IMG/VR virus record: IMGVR_UViG_3300020048_000102
DNA length: 64,000 nucleotides
Reading direction: 5' to 3' (one strand)
DNA from: an uncultured virus (IMG/VR IMGVR_UViG_3300020048_000102)
Taxonomy: Duplodnaviria > Heunggongvirae > Uroviricota > Caudoviricetes
Under the pieces are notes generated by a model. That model worked only from the letters and a program-made list of their open reading frames with translations. It ran no database searches and was not told the DNA's origin. Shown here in pieces: positions 51,801 to 57,400 of the stretch. The position numbers and the translations under genes are program-made. How positions within the stretch are numbered: the stretch's first letter is position 1; every line of letters begins with the position of its first letter.

Positions 51801-52595
51801 TCCATTTATCTCATCAAAAGATAGTGTGCTTAATAAATCTACTAAATTATTTCCTGGAAAATCATATTGCTGTTGAGCAGTTTTTGATGGAACAGTAAAT
51901 GTAACCGTGCCCTGATTAATTCCGTTATTAACAACTCCCAATACATCTCGTGTGTTGATATTTGGTTGAAGTCCCTGTCCAGTTACTCCAGGCTCACCCT
52001 GAATCCAAAATCCACTACGTTGATCAATTTCAAATTCATATGTTCCGCCACGAAGCAGAGTTAATGTTGGATTATTACCTATCAAATCTCGAAACTGAAA
52101 TCCATCGGTGGATTTAATTACAAAATATTTTTGATTTAAAAAAACAGTATCAGTTGAAACAGTTACCGAATCCGGACCATTTGGAATCCAGTAGTATTGA
52201 CTGTAGTTTACTATTTTATCCAAATCAATAAAACTATCCCAACTGTAAAATTGATTTTCAAACAAACGCTCATTGTTATCGATTATGGCGCCCTGATTTT
52301 TCAAGGCATCTAAAATACCTGGGTATGAAATAAAATCTCTAGCAGTTTGAGTATCAGACTTTAAAAACACTACCGCGGGGTCGAGCTGAAAGTCCTCGCG
52401 AACTTTGGTAGGCTCAATGACATATCTATCGGTTGGTTCTACAGCATAGCCATATTTTCCACCTATAAATCCTTCTACTCGATTGAAGTTAGGTTGTTGA
52501 ACCAGAACGTCCAATGTTGCGTTCAAGAACTGAGCGTTGGTTTCAGTTTTAAAAACGTCGGGTAGAAAATCTAAAGTCCTAACTTTGTTTACCAT
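39864..52595 (-). CDS. Giant (4243 aa) baseplate/virion structural protein with FG-GAP-like beta-propeller region
   Basis: Uninterrupted 12.7-kb ORF after the gp6-like gene; FGTSIA...LIVGAP, FGQSVA...ILIGAP, FGTSVA...IVVGAP repeats; KPFHVRIKDF segment; eight W-x4-W-x4-W motifs. Confidence 0.8.
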   Translation of the reverse strand: MVNKVRTLDFLPDVFKTETNAQFLNATLDVLVQQPNFNRVEGFIGGKYGYAVEPTDRYVIEPTKVREDFQLDPAVVFLKSDTQTARDFISYPGILDALKNQGAIIDNNERLFENQFYSWDSFIDLDKIVNYSQYYWIPNGPDSVTVSTDTVFLNQKYFVIKSTDGFQFRDLIGNNPTLTLLRGGTYEFEIDQRSGFWIQGEPGVTGQGLQPNINTRDVLGVVNNGINQGTVTFTVPSKTAQQQYDFPGNNLVDLLSTLSFDEINGQTVESIGNIDGVTQFNNKTLMFYNNGDLSSQIYYYTISVDSGTQIVTLIQSVGIINDQKITVTSGQEWVGRSFYRDDTGTIQIIPYISSILDRLYYQDGTDPNSVGIINIVDSNETNEIIVDEIIGRQNYTSPNGVTFINGLKIIFEGNVSPVIYQNQEYYVSGVGTAIELLPVDEYLAVEVEGEGIYYPWSLDPWDSTVWDQSIFVPINPEYITIDRNSRDRNAWSRSNRWFNAQVINATTLYNGRVTNQSSNEPVRAQRPIIEFYGNLGLYNTGTKFLTFVDLFDNTTTDALDQVVGQTTYTIDGQPIVEGQTVVFNADINESVRQAVYQVKFVQLTQGSIPVITLTPAPRVRWWVEILDEGNEIVVRNNDQIYIVAGEQYRGTAWRFLRDFEQGRWEFAQQKTALNQPPLFDIVDNNEISLSNSEYYSGTSFKGTKLFSYTPGTGTNDPVLGFPISYSSAVSIGDIQFTVNLNSDTFTYYIDQRITEQNINIGFVNYFELEDLPIKRTGWVVAADPSVQYQVFEFDVTTDNQTNFICDVPARIVSDWRTVQVYYNDVILDTVNYNSVVDTQNNKTFVNVEIPTLTGDKITILILSDVVSKTAYYQVPSNLQNNPFNDNITTVDVGDLKNQYRTIFSNAPGITGQLFGPNNIYNLENLTRYGTAIIQNSASLVLPGVFLRKPGLNLFEALQFNSNEYTNYKTLLVDLTNNNDFNIYTTASQMLDTIIYEISTTKNSSNAFFWSDMLFSGSPYRNNNYDITAIISQITLPLGKIYDFTSANYSGLGIYVTRTTNNVTTVTQLINTVDYVVSEFAPTVTINYELIPDDIISVKEYNQTYGTYCPNTPTKMGLYPAYIPGVILDNTYTTPTYFILGHDGSYNKLYGEYTDGQLTDFRDKVLLEFETRIYNNLKVTGIIPLPADEVIPGEFRQTDYTRNDILDIYRTNFLNWVGQNRIDYKTQTYNGSNEFTYNYTDTTNKLNNGLIQQGYWRGIYSWFYDTSNPAMEPWTMLGLVNQPTWWIERYGSAPYTSDNTYMWEEISRGFVWNNGDSYINPEKIRPGLLEILPVDTQGNLISPLSSVVANYNSLTFRRGWVVGDQAPAETTYLRSSSWPFDLMRILALTKPAKFFNLFVDRDLYKFDSEFDQYLYNRRYHLNPKQVEVYGNGVAKHSYINWVVDYINQRGVNGTDEVTNTLRNLDVRLVYRLAGFSDKNYLKFLVEKSTPNTQNTSLLIPDDSYQILLYDNVPEDRIVYSSVIVQKTQDGYTVWGNSQNRATFTVSVPKPGLKETLTVNNVNVEVSKDFFEGRTAIVPYGTLFYSLQAVSEFLRSYGNYLETQGMIFEYIEDSLAYDWNQMILEFINWGQQQWEVGSIINLNPAAKLAVVNREGLIVQPLNIQQQNFILNQNLVPIQSQNATIIREQESFTVKVLNTGDTVSFTNLNLSSMEHAVVFDNYTIFNDTIYNLVTGLRQNRLLLQGWKTGEWRGYVDAQGFILNEDNVQEWEPNVKYAKGKIVTYKDKYWTADRLIEPQAEFSKELWVETDYDQIKVGLLPNPSTNAFESLYYYDSYRANLENDTDLLSFSLIGYRPRQYLADADLSDITQINVYKNIVKEKGTNLLANAFKKANLIQGQIDYDVKENWAIKSADFGAILGSNFVEVVLSQTLLTGNPTTIGFSNTGAIPGVNQTYSLSEIINYERPPLTPNFLPEYQSNYLTERGLPTAGYVNLSDVKFSTYTLADLSDDTFNVDELYRGDTIWVANYRGSWAVFGVESMNNQVRQVINNLDGTVTLSFSTPHGLAVNDPFAVVGFDQRVNGFYEVLDLPSTNSVIVASALANNDLKIVGVGTSFLLVNRRFRQASDQVYSTIPNSEFYTRLSWIDEFNNNWAVLAASPIYLEREVPLPSFTQVNKIGASVGYSDEVGYIAGNPTLGLLYHYFNDSVTGQIVSEIVREEGSTLGTQVQVFDDWVYASDTVGGRVFVYTVNPGQNTLLQTQVINQINTGAIAVSRDRLWLYIADSDLRSVSVYSLDANEQYQFVDTIVGPTTASGFGTSIATSIDGVKLIVGAPSEDLTSGTQIAFSNSGAAYIYTRSVERMVGVGSFASTYSVNYPIPNGIADVYVDDRLTRAVTVNPAGTVEFGSAPPLGSTIAISYGHFTLEQKLVSSRPITGGLFGQSVATSKYGAQILIGAPYEVATVNEQSNVQGAVYCYINSGQQYGSVITQTTGSASGTLFIDGYRVQISGSASAVAEQINQQTPTNIIARAFNQTLQISVINDTVEVANNIIDITAEQSVLNSLGLILYTNTQRITSPTYATEGLFGSAIAMSQRDSIAVSAPTATRISETTFDYTDTLLITDSWDVKPWDSALWSQETIDETLVCEPRVLENYTFFDQGTTTFVDQFENSGVVYEYDFLPSADESIVNPGQYVFGQYCQLNTTTDIGLEPLFGTSVAHNDGVIVVGAPDWYLNGNGRVTGFRAICQSSSWYIDKQPLAQVNINRLNNISIYDIITNQNVEYLDYIDPVQGKLFGALETNLDYVSSVDPAQYRVGEEWTDLYLGRMWLDTTNLRMLNYNQPDYEYNISNWGVAFPGSTADVYTWISSTVPPVQYPGPGFVVNFDNYNINQQVDKSTNTVVTYYYFWVRNLDDIPPGKTLSSTSVTQYILDPQTSGISYLVPVTTNVMGLVNCEQIINANSSALHVGYNVSDTLDDKHEQWTLIKQNDVNDFLSGFPTTIDKNPTGLYLKYIDSFAGQTTQGTYIPSAKLPELLKYGTDYPQSMFRDRKLALENYIEYANELLIKFPIAENRDLYFLNKFGLVRTNVTSEFNWDMTGWDEFPWSSDVIVTDENSDEFITYDTRRYWRLVDWWAPGYSSDTKIILEVDQVSDLQRLQPNETNPFTERFGIVLIDGLVVRVRANSSGNSEVWIYFETVGWTRIGLENGTVQILPSIYEQETGWDSDSWSEETWESTLAPETYWIIRWLNEQAYTNDLLIERNNSLILMFNYVVSEALLQQNYLPWLNKTSLIDVSHKVSDLFPYKKFQRDNQEFLAGYLNEIKPFHVRIKDFSFVYDGLDPYPGNITDFDLPAEYNQSVGEFISPQLVYGQSENVYEYDRESPIWTQQEYSEWFNNYGLSIDLGESLYTVTTLRNYINSQALEIPVKNSYGMPDSGFAFLDQEQISYDRIDRVNNILLGVARGVETPASVHYAGTSVNIIMPSAIVLDQARGYLEPPEIVATIDQSIFPSPRTAAILNPIMSGDRLLSVEVINGGAGYAVTPKIVVEGSTIFGTFASSAVDTTFNTITIPGHQFETGDPVVYAYGEETVEPLGLIPGDYYYVRVIDNSTIALYRSLRSSLDYDKRDLTDDSRVRLISQGLGTNNRLTVTARVAAFTTSQPVRENITTIKFDRTSYGSQVTTWIPGGFYAGEFSDIGKLSSSTLLADSTSPWEYLAWDGENWDSELLASAQGAVFPIESTVEVGYVSSVVRLDISYGETTVAPGQLNGQRVTLYRRTYNSRRPFGVGGWGSTAWAQQDPGYRRNPWSSTPWSLLAWDKFTQTVKAWVDPRDYWVKVVSETEVELYYDSRFTQPVNPNDFDYDINDVMFLAEPFTFDQSLVSYANSLYRCIVSNNDTSFDYAKWELVDSGSNTINAADRIAAFYRPTINMSGRDIRQLMTGVEYPDATFLGAPFNYDSIRWDIPTWDIETWAGTRETFDYDTNLTSPNFTYDPNTNPTVYDVQGGVFAQGYGPEELIPGVVTDELDLSVTTAGVELSFRISVNKAGFGTVYNTNQYTRTTLVRDFVSTDSIADVLYVDDASKLVTVRTQTVTTNSTGRAVISGSTRTLTSVKLSIPNGFTVTQDDNANTIILQIDGITTPTTITVTSCFGNMLLVDSEYIQFTSIDLDNDTVTGLLRGRKGTITNSFIASGTRVQSVLDRDRLPDNDWYKWWYGVDGWNIPPWNDGSWNEGFNNGTLYDSSTEAAEFLKRTIP

Positions 52596-52647
52596 TTTTT
52601 TTATTCCGTCTGTATCTATTACTTATCACTTTTAAAAAGTAGAATAT

Positions 52648-55600
52648 TTAGATTGATCTTTGTAACGTTGCTGGGTTCAGCGAGGTAACAACAATAATAT
52701 CATCAGTTGTGGCGCCATTCACAAATATTTCACTTGGGCTACTTTGAATTTCATACAAATCACCGAAAGTTTCATTAGGATTACTAGAAACTAAAACAAC
52801 TGAACTAATTAAATCTCCAAGTTGCATATGTAAGTAGGCTGTCAGTTCACTGAAGTAAAAAGTATCTCCGAAATCCCACTTGTCAAGCGTAAAGTAACTG
52901 TTTAGTGCGCTAAGAACACTACTTCGTATTTGACTATCACTAGCAGTAGTGGCGAAACTTTTAATCACTTTAATAGTTCCTCGTAGGGCAGGAACGGCTT
53001 TTTGTCCAAATAATGGTTTAAAAGTAACACTGTTTAAAACAACACTGTCACTGATCATTTTGTAACTATCTAGTTCACCGTAACTTTGTTGTAATTCATT
53101 GATAGTTGGTTCTGAAGGCAACGGCACCGTCCCCGTAGTATCTCGTAACCAATTTTGATAGGCAAAATAATAGGCCTGAGTAACTACATACAAATCAATA
53201 ATATTAGTTGTGGCTGGGTCAATTCTAGTAGTATTGCTACTATTATGACGATATTGAAAATTTACTGCTCCTCGTCCAGTTGCTACTAGATATTGATTCG
53301 TAACATCATTTAAATTTAAAACTGGAGGCTGCGTTCCCACCACTTCGACCGATTGATAGAATCTTGGAATTCCTGTCTGACCATCTCCATTGCTACAATA
53401 GAACACTGTGCCGGCAGGATACTCATATTTTACAAATTCTACTTGATTTACTGTTGAATATGCAGTAATTATGCTATCTACTGGCAATAGAACTGTTCTA
53501 AACATATCAGTCAAGTCAGTTACTATTCTAAAGAATACCAAAGCAGTAGTACTAGTACCAACAATATCTGTAAAAAAATCAGGGTCATAAGAAAAACCAG
53601 TAATTAAATCAATGGTTGACACTGAGACCTGAAAATCATTTGGAAGTCCATCACTCTGTATCGGTTGATCAACTACGTTTAAAATATAATCATATCCCAA
53701 TGTAGCACTATTGTTAACATTACTATTGTATTTTAACACATTAACATAATCGCTGAAAACTTTTCCACTACGTTGATCATAAACTCTCTGAGTTCCATCG
53801 AAAACAAATCTAACTTGATCTACGCTTCCAAAATAATACGTAGTATTTCGTAACGTTACCGTGTAACTATTATCAATACTATTTTGAGTAAACTTAACAA
53901 AATAATCAGTTGGGCTAGGATTTGTTGGAATAACATCTAATACGCTCCATCTATTTTCCGTTAATAAAACGCTATTGTCAAATTTTAATGCAAAGTTCTG
54001 TTTTAAATTAATTTTATCTAGAATTTCTCTAACTAACACTGAGTTAAGTGTATTGTCAAACTCTGGAATAATTGCCGATGGCGGGAATTGTTCGGGATCT
54101 AAATACGCTCCGGTTGGAACATATTGATTAAGAGTGACAGGACCAAGGCCCGAAGATAGATTACCTTCGCCGAAGTTGAATCCATCTCCAACTACGTTTT
54201 CAACTCCAATCCAAATACTGTCTTTGCCTCCGTTACTACTAGTTGGGATTCCTGCCTGTAGACGATTATTTTGATCAAAATAAAACCCTAATGGCGCAAC
54301 AAATTTAAGTTGAGTTCCTTTAGTAATGTATCTCATTGAATAGATACTAAAAGTTCCCAATGGAATAGATACCTTCGTTCCGGTATTATCAATAATGTAA
54401 AAATATCCTGTTATTTGAGAACCGTCTATTGTAGTTTGTTGCCAATAACAATAATTGTCTATTGAGTTGGCACCTGGATAATATCCCGTATATCTAGGAT
54501 AATATTTTTGATAATATTGAGTCGCTGATATTTCTGATAATAATACTGGCAACGTTTGAGTAACAAACTGTAGAGCAAAATTTTCATTGATTATCGAGAA
54601 TTGTACAATCTTATCTAAGTCACTGACGTAGAGTGCTCCGTCATCTGCGAACATGTTTGTGCTACTGTATTTTCCAGTAGGATCAAGTAAATCTAAACTA
54701 CGACTTACGCCAATGCTACTACGATTTAACGCAGTACTTTTAATAATGCTGTTGTATCTAGTAAAAGGAAAATTACTATAGTCTTCTCCATTTACCATAC
54801 GATTTTGAGTATAGTATCTTGCCGGTGCACGTTCCTTAATTTGAGAAATACTTTCTCTTGCCTGAGCAGTGTTAACAACCGTTTGCAAACTAAACGTAAA
54901 TGTTAATGTTTCAATACGATTTTGTCTGCTGATGTAGTTAATACTAACGGCAATTCCAGCCATTTCGTTGGGTTCGATAGTGTATGTCAGTGCGTTATCA
55001 CTTCTAACATAAGCTCTGAATGTTCCTACCGGTATTTCTCCAAATACTCCGTCACCAAATATGTATCTTACTTGATCATTTGATCTACTTGTAACCGCAA
55101 ATATTTTACTTTGACTTTCGCCCTGTAAATTAGTATTAACAAAAACATTTTCAACCTGATTCCATCTGAATTGAATTGTTCCGCTTTCATTTAACTGATA
55201 AAGCCAGGTATCTGTGTTATTGATTCCTTCAATATCAATATTTTGAAAGTTATTTTGTATTCTCTCTGGAAAATAAAAGTCGTTATTAACTAATGTTCCC
55301 TGTTTGAAGTAAAAAAAGAATCCTGTGTTGGCACTGCCAAATCCCAAACGATCATTACGATAAAGCATGATAAACTGCCCGTTGGGCTGTGGAGGTGGCT
55401 CGTACAACGCTGTACTATTAACACTAGTGCTACTTACTAGTTCAAAATTCATTTGAACGCCATCTACTTCGGTTGTGTAAGGAACAACTGGCAACTGACC
55501 TGATGGAATATTTACGGTATATTCCTGGGTAGTGACTCCTAAAATATTCTGGGTATTACCGGGTCTTCCAACTCTCTGACTATTCACCAGTGAGCTGTTG

Positions 55601-56079
55601 ATAATTGTGTTGAATTGTTCTTGCCAATTAGGGTTAGCGCTATCGTTCCATAATACAGTTTGATTACTAAGATTGACGCCGTTAATATCACGAATATTTT
55701 CAGTTGTACTAATCGCTGTTACTTTTACTAGACCTTGTCCAGTAGTGTTTCTCTTGGGGTTGTAACTAACAAGATTTGCTAATTTAATTACACTGTCGCG
55801 GCGTTCGGCAGTGTCAATAAAATTTTCTCTAGTATTTAAATCATCACGAAATGCCAGAGCCTGTCCCATGAACGCCATGACATCTAACAGTGCCACAAAT
55901 TCACTGGATTCTATATAATCATTGAAGGTTTCTGGATAGTAGGTCGTTAGATAATCGATGAAACTCTTACGCAAGGTTTCGTAATCAAAACTTTGGAAAT
56001 CCGCCTCTCGATAGGTCTGATAGATTCGCTTCCAGTCCTGAATTCCGAATAGAGCTGTTTGTCTACTTGAGCTTGCCAT
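52648..56079 (-). CDS. Baseplate wedge protein, T4 gp6-like
   Basis: DYETLRKSFIDYL...FNDY, ENFIDTAERRDSV, FGDGVFG, ESISQIKERAP..YYTQNRMVNGEDY. Confidence 0.85.
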   Translation of the reverse strand: MASSSRQTALFGIQDWKRIYQTYREADFQSFDYETLRKSFIDYLTTYYPETFNDYIESSEFVALLDVMAFMGQALAFRDDLNTRENFIDTAERRDSVIKLANLVSYNPKRNTTGQGLVKVTAISTTENIRDINGVNLSNQTVLWNDSANPNWQEQFNTIINSSLVNSQRVGRPGNTQNILGVTTQEYTVNIPSGQLPVVPYTTEVDGVQMNFELVSSTSVNSTALYEPPPQPNGQFIMLYRNDRLGFGSANTGFFFYFKQGTLVNNDFYFPERIQNNFQNIDIEGINNTDTWLYQLNESGTIQFRWNQVENVFVNTNLQGESQSKIFAVTSRSNDQVRYIFGDGVFGEIPVGTFRAYVRSDNALTYTIEPNEMAGIAVSINYISRQNRIETLTFTFSLQTVVNTAQARESISQIKERAPARYYTQNRMVNGEDYSNFPFTRYNSIIKSTALNRSSIGVSRSLDLLDPTGKYSSTNMFADDGALYVSDLDKIVQFSIINENFALQFVTQTLPVLLSEISATQYYQKYYPRYTGYYPGANSIDNYCYWQQTTIDGSQITGYFYIIDNTGTKVSIPLGTFSIYSMRYITKGTQLKFVAPLGFYFDQNNRLQAGIPTSSNGGKDSIWIGVENVVGDGFNFGEGNLSSGLGPVTLNQYVPTGAYLDPEQFPPSAIIPEFDNTLNSVLVREILDKINLKQNFALKFDNSVLLTENRWSVLDVIPTNPSPTDYFVKFTQNSIDNSYTVTLRNTTYYFGSVDQVRFVFDGTQRVYDQRSGKVFSDYVNVLKYNSNVNNSATLGYDYILNVVDQPIQSDGLPNDFQVSVSTIDLITGFSYDPDFFTDIVGTSTTALVFFRIVTDLTDMFRTVLLPVDSIITAYSTVNQVEFVKYEYPAGTVFYCSNGDGQTGIPRFYQSVEVVGTQPPVLNLNDVTNQYLVATGRGAVNFQYRHNSSNTTRIDPATTNIIDLYVVTQAYYFAYQNWLRDTTGTVPLPSEPTINELQQSYGELDSYKMISDSVVLNSVTFKPLFGQKAVPALRGTIKVIKSFATTASDSQIRSSVLSALNSYFTLDKWDFGDTFYFSELTAYLHMQLGDLISSVVLVSSNPNETFGDLYEIQSSPSEIFVNGATTDDIIVVTSLNPATLQRSI

Positions 56080-56083
56080 AATA

Positions 56084-56725
56084 TTAGTATCCCGATAATA
56101 TTATGTATTTATCACTAAAAAACGACTCTATTTTGATAACTTTCCAACCTCTGCTCACGCCGTTATCATTTATCATTCTGTGTACCGTGCCGGAACCGAA
56201 TCCGGTCATTTCTCTAAATTCTACTCTTGTCATTGTCATTTGTTGATTTGTTTCAATGTTCAACCATTCATATTTTACTGATCTGAGTTTATTCAATTCG
56301 GATCTTTTTCTTCTAAAATCTTCGCTGTGTTTTATTCCTCTTATTTTTTTCATTCTATTTTCTACATGTTGTTTAGTTTGAGATTTACCTCTCAATCTTT
56401 GACTTTGTTCAATTCGCGCTTCTTTAGATTTTTTCATCCCAGATACCCCTTCGCCCCCATCTGTTCCGTTGATTAGGATTCCAGTCTTTAGATCTTTTCT
56501 GCCCCACCAACGAATCATTCTGCGCTCTAATGCTAGTGCGCCTAACTCAGATAGTCCGGATTCACAGATTACGATTCTATTGTTTTCTTTTGGGACTGGG
56601 ATTTTGTGATGGGGTTTCCCCGCTCGTTCTGCCTTGCCTTTACCGATGTAATAAGGCGTTCCGTCTTGTCTTAGATAGGCATAAACATAAAACCCCAAGG
56701 GAGGGTTTAATTTACTAAATATCAT
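56084..56725 (-). mobile_element. Free-standing GIY-YIG homing endonuclease with NUMOD3-like region (paralogue of 15191..15850)
   Basis: [19 protein letters not shown]...[42 protein letters not shown]; inserted between baseplate genes. Confidence 0.85.
56106..56113 (-). promoter_or_regulatory. T4-like late promoter GATAAATA for the gp6-like gene (representative of many copies)
   Basis: The (G/A)ATAAATA / TAAATA core, similar to the T4 late TATAAATA, recurs before genes at ~2445, 3422, 4188, 8199(+), 15126(+), 18999, 22208, 24797(+), 34081, 39052, 39858, 56791 and 57417. Confidence 0.7.
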
Positions 56726-56795
56726 GGCTGATGCTCCTTGAAAGCGTTAGAGTAGTTGGGAGTTGGTCGCTCCGCGAACTACACCATTATTTATC
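56726..56795 (-). ncRNA. Conserved structured 5' leader of GIY-YIG gene, copy 2
   Basis: Minus strand: GATAAATA-ATG-GTGTAGTT-CGC-GGAG-CGACCAA-CTCC-C-AACTAC-TCTAAC-GCT-TTCA-AGGAGCATCAGC-C-ATG. Confidence 0.65.
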
Positions 56796-56930
56796 GTCGT
56801 CGTCTTCCGATATCAACTTTTCAACTTCGTCTGCTGCTTTACGAGTTTTTGTTTTAGTAGTCGTGTCCAGAGAATCTTCGTTGACCTCTTTCTCTTTGGC
56901 CGTTTCTGTTATTATTTCATAAATTTTCAT
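56787..56930 (-). CDS. Small acidic protein (47 aa, below cutoff)
   Basis: Manual translation MKIYEIITETAKEKEVNEDSLDTTTKTKTRKAADEVEKLISEDDDDK; starts 2 nt after the gp25 stop. Confidence 0.6.
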   Translation of the reverse strand: MKIYEIITETAKEKEVNEDSLDTTTKTKTRKAADEVEKLISEDDDDK

Positions 56931-56932
56931 AG

Positions 56933-57385
56933 TTATTGACTAAGTTGTTGAATACTACCGTCGAAACGATTTAGAAAAAAATCAATTTGAGTTGCTTGAT
57001 TAAATGGACTAAAGGCTAACTCTATTTGTAATAAGAATCCGTTTTCTTGTTCATAAGCCCCAACACTGTTAAGCACAATTCTGGGATCTAACGCGATAAC
57101 TCTTCTGACTTCAGTTTCTATTTGATCTCTGACATCATCAGTAGCGGGTTCAAAAACATATGACCAGAGTGTTGTTCCGTAAGTTGGCTGTCCGACCTTG
57201 TCGCCCTGTTTAATACTAAGGGCATTTAGTAAATCTCTGACCACTAACCGCTCATCTGTTAGTGAAAATTTTCTGCCCTGTCTTGGAGAAAGAACTATAC
57301 TACCAATACCCCCAAATACGCCTGGGCGCTGATCAACTCTTGGTTGATTGATATCTACGGTTGAAAATCCAATGTATGTTGGCAT
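56933..57385 (-). CDS. Baseplate wedge/sheath initiator, gp25-like
   Basis: LVVRDLLNALSIKQGDKVGQPTYGTTLWSYVFEP...VIALDPRIVL matches the gp25 pattern. Confidence 0.85.
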   Translation of the reverse strand: MPTYIGFSTVDINQPRVDQRPGVFGGIGSIVLSPRQGRKFSLTDERLVVRDLLNALSIKQGDKVGQPTYGTTLWSYVFEPATDDVRDQIETEVRRVIALDPRIVLNSVGAYEQENGFLLQIELAFSPFNQATQIDFFLNRFDGSIQQLSQ

Positions 57386-57400
57386 GATGTTATCCTATTT

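Noticed and set aside
56731..56922. 63-aa plus-strand ORF across the conserved leader
   Set aside because: It is antisense to the 47-aa minus-strand gene and the leader, and no equivalent ORF is listed opposite leader copy 1.
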